From positions 1,441,114-1,505,113 of the forward strand of contig JBNZDD010013686.1 in the NCBI GenBank assembly GCA_050575255.1: DNA of 64,000 nucleotides, in the 5' to 3' direction. Positions 53,879 to 64,000 of the stretch are shown piece by piece. The notes beneath the pieces were generated by a model, which saw only the letters and a list, made by a program, of their open reading frames with translations, did no database searches and was not told where the DNA came from. Source of the DNA: Harriotta raleighana (lineage: Eukaryota). A program made the translations under genes and the position numbers. Positions within the stretch are counted from its first letter, which is position 1. The number at the start of each line of letters is the position of its first letter.

Positions 53879-54230
53879 CAGGCAGTCCTCTAGTTACGAC
53901 GTTTCGAGGTACGGCAATTCAAAGTTACGGCACTTAAAATCAGTAAAATTACGTCCGAGTTACATCCAAGTTCTCGAAGTTACGATACTACTATGTAAAT
54001 ACTTTAGTTGCCCCACGCGCGATAGAAAACTGGAGTCGCCGCTCTCAACACTTACGGGACCACGATACGCTTTCAGGACAGGAACAGGATGGAGGCGAGA
54101 CGCGAGTGTGTACTGTACAGGTACTGTGTGAGGCTGTGAGCTCGGCGGGACAGTACTCTCGACTTACATACAAATTCGACTTACACCACATCTTAGGAAC
54201 CTAACCCTGACGTAACTTGAGGACTGCCTG
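53879..54230. mobile_element. Tc1/mariner-superfamily (Tigger/pogo-like) MITE, 352 bp
   Basis: TIRs caggcagtcctctagttacg / cgtaacttgaggactgcctg, TA on both flanks, and internal (c)gacttac/gttacg subrepeats. Confidence 0.9.
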
Positions 54231-56899
54231 TATGTTTTTTCCAGCTGCAAAAAAAAATGTTCTTGCTCAAGATATGTTTCACATCTGGCCCCATCTCTAG
54301 AGCTGAAAGATGACCAGCCAAATGGAATGGATAGTATAGATCGACAAAACATTGTCATACAGTGTCAAACTTATGACAGAAGTTAAATACAAACAGTAAA
54401 AGGCGATGCAACTCCTAAATCATTACATTGTGCAATGGAACACAACACAGGTCATGCAGTGAAATAAAATTTATTCATAATACCAACCAGACCTGGCATA
54501 ACACACTTACACCTTGATCATTAGTGTTGACCTTATTAGTTCCCCTTGTATAAATGTTATGGTGTGTTGAGATTTTGTCATAATTCCTACATTCATTGAG
54601 TGATTGCATAATTATGAGAATCGACTATTTTTGGTCAGCAGGCTGTTTCATATGTGAAACCTATCATAGTGCTTATGAGTATCCAAATTAGATAGAGAAT
54701 TCTATAATCACATACATATGAAATGTTTCCCATTTCTAGAATACAATATGGACTCTCTCCCTGGAGGGACGCAGCCGGCTTACTTAATTCTGGAGAGTAT
54801 TAGGTGTAAATTAGACAAAACCAAGGCTTGAGGACAGCAGAAAGTGTTTCGGGTTTCTACTGGAGTTTAACCAGCTGAGAACATATAGCTTCACATTGCA
54901 AACACTTCCCAGTGTTTCCTGGAGCATGTCCAGGTGGGGCCACTATATCCATCAGGGTTTTGGTTTTGTTGGGTTCACAGGAGCTGAATGCGAAGAATTT
55001 CTGACCCCAATGACTGTTCTGGCCCTCCAAATCCGGATGATTAGCCGGGCTGGCAGGTCTGTCATCAACTGTGCCCTGGAGTACGAGGCTCCACCTAGCT
55101 CAGGACCCAGACTACTAAGACCACCACAGAGTATCCATCATTCCTTTGCCAAAGCACATCAACTTGGAACTAGCTCAGCACCATTGGGTCCTGTTTACCT
55201 CTCCACACGCAGCATAGTCACAAGCTGGCAGCCTGGATGCAATCTGTGTTATTGTAAAATAAATATCAGCCACTTAACAAAAGCCAAGGACATGAATGTC
55301 TTTTCACACTGAATCTTTTGTTGCAAAACTGACATTGGATTAGAAAATTCCACCCGTGCTTCTATCATCCAGGGGATAGAAATGTTATTCAGTTGGGGAG
55401 TGGGGGGGAAACAAAAAAATTTTGGTCTTCTTTTCTTTAAGTAACAAGGAGCTTCAATACAATGGTATGCTACCAATCATTGTCATATGTCTTGTATGTC
55501 TCTCCACCTGGATTTAAACTTCCAGTGTTGCTCATAGTGTGCTCGATCCTGACTGTCAACAGAAGGAGATTGTATAGCCTGTGATTATTCCATAAAGGTT
55601 TCCCACATTTCACCTGCTGACATACACTTCTGCTAGATTTTCCAATGTGAGACCAGTGTATGATTGATCACGGGTAAAAGAACCAGGTTAACATTTAAAA
55701 TGGTCATACAGGTTACTGCTGCTGAATGTCAATGTCATCTATCAATTTCCCCCACTTCTCTCTGCATGCCAGACTCACGTTTACATAAGGAAGGAAGGAA
55801 TGATTAGCTTCCTTATGGAATGTAACCTCGAGTTAGGAATACAGTATCAAAAATGGTCTTCCCCCCATTGATGATATGAAACGACAGAATTTTATCTCTC
55901 CCTGGACTGCCCCAAATAAAAGATCACTGTTGTGTAAATGTGCACCAAGGGTATTATTTTGCCAAAGAACTGTAGGTATGCGGGACGTCCTCCTGACGTG
56001 AAAGGCGCTATATAAATATAATATATAAATAAATGTATAAAATAAATAAATCAAACGCATTCAGTTGGTGTTTTTTTTAACAAGTACTTGCAGTTTCTGA
56101 GCTCAATAGTTCTGCCATAGTTCTCTGCTATATTGGCTACCTCCTTTATCCTTATCCTCTCTCTCTCCTTCCCTCCCTCTCACCTGCCTTCCATTCAGCT
56201 GCATTCTGCCTGCCTGCTATCAGTTTCTTTTGCTGCTGTGCAGCTCAAAATTGTAGTTTGATAACAGGAGCTTCCTTCAAAGAGTTTAATTTTATGCTTC
56301 TAAGTAATTGAGGAAGCAGTTCCCAAGTGCTCCATTTTCCCTCACACTTGCTCGGACAATTTCCCACAGGATAATGTGGGAAGTAAAAGGATGCAAGGAA
56401 TAATTTGGAGGATTTAGGGCTCTGGGTTTATACACTTTCCTCTGGGAATTGGTTTCAAATCCAACACAGATTTTCTTCCAGCTGCAAGAGTCCCACGTGA
56501 AATTATTGGACAATATCACAGCTCACAACTGTCCACAATTCAGGACAAATCATCACTAAATGGACAGTCATATTCATAGAGGCCAGACACATGATTAATC
56601 ATAATCCCGTGCTAAGAACCACAGTAAATAACAGGACAGCTGTTATAAATGTGCCAAATATTCCTATTCAAAAACTGTCTGGGATTAAATGGTTTAAGTG
56701 ACTGTAACATTTCTGTCACACAGTAATATAATACATATTTTGCTGGTTGCATTGGATACAAAATAGTAGGCTGTCATATAACGCTTTTTATTGTATGACA
56801 ATGGGAAACAAAGCAGGTCTGAAATTTTGTCTACACAAAGAGTTCTGTTTGATATCCACGTAATAATAATAATATGGTCTAGAATGAAACTCCAAAAGT

Positions 56900-57240
56900 G
56901 GTAGGTTGCGCTATGGTGTTGGGAGATACCATCCTTTGGATAAACCAAGGTCTTGTCCACTGTTCAGGTGGATCCTAAGCACCCAATGCACTACTTATGA
57001 TAATAATAATCCTTGCATTTGATATAGTGCTTTTTACATCGTCTAGACATCTCAAAGCACTTTACAGAAAATACTGTAAACTGAATTGACTTAAACAAAT
57101 AGTTTTTCCTGGTATACTGGCCAACAATCCCTGAGATTAAATTGGTCCTTCACTCCATGGCTGTTTAGAGATACTACTGTGCACAATTTAGCTGCCACAT
57201 TCACCTACGCATATCACTGCACTTCACAGTAATTCCTCCC
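56900..57240 (+). mobile_element. Degraded DeuSINE with a nested antisense SINE tail (~56997-57090)
   Basis: tgttgggagataccatcctttggataaaccaagg...ttcaggtggatc Deu core that resumes after the insert. Confidence 0.65.
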
Positions 57241-60200
57241 AATATGAAATACTCCATTTTGAATAATAATATTATTACTATATTATGAATTGTGGTGCAC
57301 ATTATCTTTAAGCGTTCGATCACCCATAAACCAAATTCTGCTTATTATCAACAAAAACTGAGAGTGGATATTATACAACAGTCCACTGTACCACAAAATG
57401 AACTATTTTACCCTTCAAAATTGCTAGATATTTTTATGTGCAAAATTTCTATTTTCTGGGCTATTCATCTGGTTTTAGCACAAATTAAAAAACGTTGACA
57501 CTGTCAAAACTTAAAAATATCTATGTAATACGGCTATTGTATTGTTGAGCAAAGAAAGGCATCTCCTTAACTACAATCAGCAGAGTATGTTGTAAACATC
57601 AAGAGGACACAAAGCCTGTTTATGCACAAAGCCCATTTTTTGCATAAATTGATAGATAGGACACCAGGGAAAAATATCTTCCCATGCCAATATCAGCAGA
57701 CTCGTAGCGTGCGATTTGGGGAACATTGCCTTAATAAAAAAAAGTGTGCATTTACTCATACAGATATCATCTAAATCACTGCCATTGTATTTGTGTTATG
57801 ATGCAGTGCCTTCTGCTGGTTATGAGCTGAACCAGCAATTTAAGAAATTGGGTCGGAAATTCAGCCTGCACCATATATTGCACTATTCCTTCCAAAAGAC
57901 ATGGGAACCAATGTTCTACAAAAATGAAAACCAAATTGATTCTTTATCATGTACAGTTATATAGTCAGTCTTGTGCAGAACTATTCCAACGTAAGCAGGT
58001 AAATTTTAAGGAGAAAACAATTAAGAAGGATACAATTCTAGATTTCAATAATGTTTAAGGGAATGGAGAATTTAGATAAGCAAATGATTGAAAGGAGCAA
58101 CATGGAGCGAAAATATGAGAAAGCTATGAATAAACATACTGTATCTTGAGGAACAACTTTTTCACACATCAGATTGATGGGATAGACTGCCACCTAGTGC
58201 AGTAAGTGCTGAATCTGTAGAAGCAGTTGAAAGAAGCTGAAATAACTCCTGACCGACTAAAGCTGTTGAGATTGGGTAGGTAGTGAGTGGATTAATATTG
58301 AATTTGAAGCCGAATTGCAGAATGAGCTACATTGCCTTTTCCTTTTCATGTGGTTATAATTTCTTGTGATTCATTTTGTCTCACAAGGTCAGGTAAATAT
58401 GTTGAATTCTAAATAGTAAGAGACGGTAAAGATGTGGTTCCCTTGTCATACGATACCCTCCGTAATACTGCTTCTCTGGAGATAACAGAGGCAATTTTGT
58501 AGTCCTTTGATGCCATATACTTTCACTGTAATATTAGATTTCACTAGGGTCTTTAAATGTCTGTAGGTTCGTTTGAATTAATAGTTATAGAGTTCTTGAC
58601 AGACGGAGAGTGACAAATTATTTATTACATATCCTAGATGAATTCCCAGCCTGTCAAGAAGACATCTGCCACTACAGTTGATAACAAACTGAACTAGTGT
58701 TAAGCTAATCTACAGCTTCTCTTTTTGCCCGTGTTACATTAGGGACAACAGCCTGAGTCAGTCGGATTATTGCTACATGAAGTACTTTAATCCTAAAATG
58801 ATACTGGAGTCAAATCTGGCTATTGTACTATATGAAAGCAGTCAGATGTTTCACTTTAGATCTCCATAAGGATCTGACAGGGTAATGACTGCCATTGTAT
58901 TGCCTAATTGTTTCAATAGATACAGTACATAGAAAACTCCAGAAACTGGATTCTCCTGTGGACAAAAAGGTCACTTTCCAAATGGGGAATGGGTGCTGCC
59001 ATCTTTTCATCTTGTGTCTGCACTGGCAATATTGGCATAACATCTGTGTGTGGGAATGGGATAATTAAGATGGATTGGAAGGATTCGTGCTTACTTTTGA
59101 TTTACTTTTTTTTAAAGAGGCAGATAAATTATTAGCATTTAAACAGAATAAAATCATGTCTGCTGATCAAAGCTATTGGACTGTCAGGCCTTCGGCAACA
59201 CAGAACATTTGTCTTGTGTTTTCCAAAACATTATGCGGAGATTGCCTTTCAAGACATGTAGCTATATTTTGCAAATGGGACAGAGTCACCTCAGCTTTCC
59301 TGTTCCTTGATGGTTTGCACAGTTTCAGGTACAATTATGCCTGTATCTTCCAGAGCAAACAATTTATTATATGAATTAGAATTGCATTTGATACACCACC
59401 TTATCACGTCATTGAGACATCTTGAACCGCTTCAGAGAATATATCGTAATGTGGTTTGACTGCGCGTTTTGTGACCAAAACACAGCAGGCAATTGGGCGC
59501 AGTAATTATGGATTCCGTTGTAGAAGAGCACTCTAGCTGCATTAAAGGTGTTAACTTTGAACATCTCACTAACCCTGCAATTCCCAAGCCAACTTGTGGC
59601 ATGATGAATCACTAGTTTTTTTAAGCATCGAGATTTCATGTTTTGGGCTGCATCTCAAAAAAGAAGTAACAATGTACTGTAGCCCTTTTATTCTGTTAGA
59701 ATTTTTTTTAAAAACATACTGTGAATCTTTTAAATCCTTCAATTGCTTCTATCCTAAAATTTGCACTCGAGTTATTAATTAATACCCTCAGGTAACAACC
59801 TGTGAAAGGTTATAAGAAAGATATATCTGTAGCTACCAGCGCCTCTCTACATTTTCACCTTAGTATGCCTTTGATAATGATTTGCTTAATGTTACTCCTG
59901 GTTCTTCATGTAAAATGATGCCATTCTATTCCTTTCACCTTACAAGATAGATCTCAATCCATTGGGGAGCAGTTGAGTTTTGAGTACCTTTAAGAGCCCT
60001 CCAGCAATGTCGAACGAAAACTTCCTAACATTGGTTCACAGTAAGCATCTCTAAACAACCCACTTAAAAATTTATGTAGTTATTCTACATTAATACTACT
60101 GTCAGAACAGTTCAATTCATAATAAATCCTAAACAACTTAACTTCTTCACAACCATCTTTAACATCTTTCTAATACTACTGGGTAACCCCATTATAAATG

Positions 60201-60299
60201 TAGTTGTCTGGCTCTCATATCTTAGAGGCCACAGTATAATGAAGTGTGAAAAATATTTGGCTTCCAGATTGTCAAGTCACTGCACTGGAAGAGTGTGCA

Positions 60300-60625
60300 C
60301 CGTGTGGCATGCAGGAAGTGACATTAACGGTACTTTCACTGAATTAAAAAGGGCACGAATGACCAATGTTATTTGGGAGATTTTTGGCTGGGACACTGAG
60401 AGAAATTCCCTGTTCTTTTTGAAAAGTGCGATGGGAGCTTTAGGGAGCTTCCTGAACAGGCAGGTGGGACCTCGGTTTATTTAAAGGACCCCATCACCAA
60501 CAATGTGGCACCCAAGCATTACATTGGAGAGCTGGCCAAGAGACCATAAGGATTCAAAGTCCCAAAGGGTTGGCTTCAACCACAAAACCTTTGACTCAGA
60601 GGGGAGAGTACAACCAACAGTGTTG
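60300..60625 (-). mobile_element. Degraded DeuSINE
   Basis: Reverse complement matches the head (ctctgagtcaaaggttttgtggttgaag) and Deu core (aaaccgaggtcccacctgcctgttcagg...cccatcgcact). Confidence 0.65.
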
Positions 60626-60732
60626 ACACAGACATACAGTATAGAGTAACTTTCTTCAGTTTGATCAGTATAACATTATACAGTTCCTACAGGTAGACAT
60701 AATAGACAGAAATATCATATTCGGAATCGCAC

Positions 60733-60858
60733 CTTGGCACAATTTCTTGTCCATTCCAGCACTCCGAGTTATTATGGTGAGTTAAATCAGATCTGCATAT
60801 TTGATCAGGAAGACCGATGTAGAAATTACTGTATAAACGCAAATTGATGATAAACTGC
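60733..60858 (-). CDS. GPC3: Glypican-3/5 subfamily internal exon (equivalent of exon 5)
   Basis: Borders tttctcttacag|G...GTGCCAAG|gtgcga, 126 bp. Encodes QFIINLRLYSNFYIGLPDQICRSDLTHHNNSECWNGQEIVP(R) with the glypican CWNG motif. GPC3 vs GPC5 uncertain. Confidence 0.88.
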
Positions 60859-61027
60859 CTGTAAGAGAAATAGAAACATATGTTGAAGATAGAAAAACTA
60901 AAAACACAAGCAAAGTTGGCCATTAGATGTTGATCAAACCACATTGGTTTCTGTCAATTAATAGGAATTTTATTATATGTACAACTTTATACCTGCACAA
61001 TAGGTTCTACATTGGATTACATTTTTT

Positions 61028-61368
61028 TCCCCCCTACCCCACCTTCCCCCTCCCTCTCCTACCTTCCCCCCTTGTCTCCCCCCCTCCTTTCCTGACTGAC
61101 TTTACCCCAATCCACCTTTCCCTCCCTCTCCCCCCTTAACCTCTTTCTGCACTAACCCCACTTCCATAACTGTTTGTGGGACACTGCTGTGTGCAATTTG
61201 GCTGTCGCATTTCACCCACAAATATACAGTCAATTCTCCTACTCTCTTTCCCTCTACCCCAACCACTCCCCCCCCGCTCTGGTCTCTACCTGACTGTTCA
61301 GCGCCTTGGGACGTCCTCCTGATGTGTAAGGCGCTATATAAATGTAAGGATTGATTGATTGATTGATT
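61028..61368 (+). mobile_element. Composite retroposon: C/T-rich tract, Deu core fragment, L2 tail with (GATT)n
   Basis: gtgggacactgctgtgtgcaatttggctg at ~61175-61205; gggacgtcctcctgatgtgtaaggcgctatataaatg at ~61308-61345. Confidence 0.65.
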
Positions 61369-62224
61369 GTACTCAGATGTAATGGTTATCAATGAATAAA
61401 ACGTGAATTAAAAAAATTTAGGAAGGATATGATTAAAGTAACTCAAACAACAACTCTGCATTGATAACAAATGGTGTAGAATAAGAGCTCCAAATCACAT
61501 CCCTGTGTGAAGAGCATGATGTAGATTTAAGTTGTTTTGTTGTAATAAATTACACAAAATACTTTAAAAGCACTCTCCTGTGTGAAGCTGTTTGTGCTAT
61601 TCTCCCTGGGTGAAAATATAAATTGTTCTTCTAATCTATACTATAATGAACTTGTAACTCACTTTAAACGCATTTTGCAAATGCAAATACAAGATGTGTG
61701 TAACTATTAACTATTCAGTTGATAATCATTCAGTACCAGTATATTACAAGCAGGTCAAACAGTGTATTGAATAGCAAGAGGAGATCAAGTGGCATATTCA
61801 ACAGAAATTGTCAAGTCAGGAACAGTGGCAAATTGTCTTGTCTTTCAAAATGCAAATTAACAAAAAATATCCTACAATAACTAAGACTGTGAAATCATTA
61901 TCATACTGAATTATACAATAGCCATCATAGATCATTTACTTTTATATATGCAATGCTTAAAATGAGTGCACAGTTTGAACTGTTTGAACGCGTATTCAGA
62001 TGGCTCATTATATTGGCTGCCTAGGTTGCCTCTTTGCACAGTTGTACCCGCAACTGTAAATTTGGGAATGTTAGTCATGTAAATCAGGTATGTATGCATA
62101 TTTATAGCGGAAATAACAAGATCATATAACTAGCAACCTCACGTTTTAAGAAATGTGAAAAACTTTCTTTTAAATGTCTGGTCACAACATTTAGCCAGAA
62201 TGTTCCTTCACTTTATTGGTCAGA

Positions 62225-62450
62225 TAACTTGTCATATTCACCTGGGGAGGAAGGGGACATGGGGGCGGGGAGGGGGGTGAGATTGAGGCTTGAGGGCTGC
62301 ATGGAGGAGGAGATGGACAGTGGAAAACAGCGTCTTTGGATTGTTGTTTGCTTCCAGGATGACTTTGGAGTAAATATCAGTGTTGGCCTGTCAAAGGGAG
62401 AGACAGCAGGTATGGAGGTGCTCAAGCCACAACTGGAAGTGAATCATGAG
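62225..62450 (-). mobile_element. L2 ORF2 internal fragment
   Basis: Minus-strand frame reads YSKVILEANNNPKTLFSTV, resembling the L2 ORF2 linker region. Confidence 0.65.
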
Positions 62451-64000
62451 GCTTGGATTTCTGTTATCTGTGCTCGAGTGTCAGGGTTTGTGTTTTCAAA
62501 CATGTTTCACTACACTTAATTGCTTATCAAGGTGAAGAGACTCATTCTTTGCAGCTGACACGAGAATTTCTGAGCATCGATATGTGATATAATATATACC
62601 AGTGGGATTGTTACTGCAATGAAGCAATTGATAGACTGACTGCTCTTGGCCTTTCTACACTCTCATTTATGCATTGAACTACCAATCAAGAATCCATGAC
62701 AATACCATTACATTGAAACGTAGATCATTACACAGTATGGGGTATTTAAAATTACATGAATCATCCGTTACACAAACAACACTTTTGTAATGAAAACCTA
62801 AATAGCTGCTTACTTTCTCCTTCTGGAGAAGGTCTCTTGATGTTCTGTATAAGAAACTTTCACCATCTTCTGGTCAATGTAAAGATCTTCAGGATAGTAA
62901 GCGGATCGAGTGTTTCTTTTCAGGGAATAACCACATACTTTGCCAATCTAGGAGGAACAAATTACACAAATGAACTCACAATGATTCAAGCAAAAGGATT
63001 TATTGACATATGATTCCTGACACAACTGTCATCATTTCAGTACTGTAGTGAAATACTTTATTTGTTTTTTTCTTATCAAAGTAATAATATGACATTGCAC
63101 ATTTTATTTTCAAAACGTTTCAGGCTGATCATACTTCATTGAATTTATGTCTCCATTCAATGGTACCAATACAATTCTCGCACTTTCTGTGTAAATAATC
63201 ACCGCCAACTAATTACTGTTTAGTTTATTACTCATTTAATCATCGCCCAATCCCTTTAAACAAATTAACGTTTCTATTATCTGTAATGTCAGGGAAACAT
63301 CGGAGGTTGACAATGAGCACTTTATTGCTCTTTGGACCAAAAAGCTGATACATAAATTGTTACAAACCAAAATGTTTTGAATTCTCTTAAATATGGGTAA
63401 TCAAATAACCCAATCAAATAACTCATCAAAGGCTACGGGTACACGATCATCAATTTTACAAGGGGAAGAAACCCCAAAAGATAATATGTGAAATGAATAA
63501 AGCAATAAATAAATGAGAAAATGCAGAAATATTTAAAATTTAAAATTCTCTGTAAGCATATAAGTTAAGGCTATGTACCCATTCTCGGAAAGGCTATTGT
63601 GATATTATTCTGTCTGCAGGTCAAACCCGTATTCTCTGAATCTGACTTCATGTTACCAGCCAGGCATTTTCTCTGCTTCATCTGCTACTTCCCTTGGATT
63701 TTGCAGAGCACTTTGATTTAATGAGCCTTTAAATAAATCCATGCTACATTACCACGTTAAATATTTTAATTTCCTGCTGTAATTGCTTAGCTCTAATCTG
63801 TGTGGTAGTTGTTAACATGAACCCAAAAATACCAATTTAAAGGATCACTGCCTTTTTGAGAAAGTTTTGAGTTTTACAAGCAAGAAGTTTGATAATGTAA
63901 CTGATACTGCTTCAATGTGTCACTTAACATGTGGCATCATTTCAAAAATAACGTAGTGCCATCGTGCTGCAAACAAAACCCCCAAAAAGACACTCGTGAA

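Noticed and set aside
1-64000. Prokaryote-type systems (operons, CRISPR, defence islands) or intact autonomous transposons
   Set aside because: The sequence is intron-rich vertebrate DNA with no long ORFs, and all TE coding remnants are truncated and frameshifted.

Overview
AT-rich vertebrate genomic DNA, most likely a cartilaginous fish. This is inferred from Deu-domain/tRNA SINEs, L2, CR1 and Penelope-type repeats and compact introns; a chimaera such as Callorhinchus milii is plausible but not proven. The window holds part of a tandem glypican cluster on the minus strand. The upstream gene (GPC3/GPC5 subfamily) contributes its last four coding exons: 60858-60733, 53589-53469, 39450-39279 and 25246-25065. 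All have AG/GT borders and compatible phases, and the last ends in a GPI signal. About 19 kb further on is coding exon 1 of a GPC4/GPC6-subfamily gene (6078-5922). Both peptides mix residues typical of either paralog; I lean to GPC3-GPC4. The rest is intron and intergenic DNA with many SINEs and LINE fragments, a Tigger-like MITE, a probable solo LTR, and a TSD-flanked Penelope-type inverted repeat with a hammerhead-ribozyme core. There is also a strong intronic hairpin, candidate enhancers, and three false duplications at single-N assembly joins. Most ORF-track ORFs are spurious. I see no convincing new protein-coding system; the best leads are RNA-structural and splicing-related. All comparisons to known proteins and repeats are from memory, not database searches.
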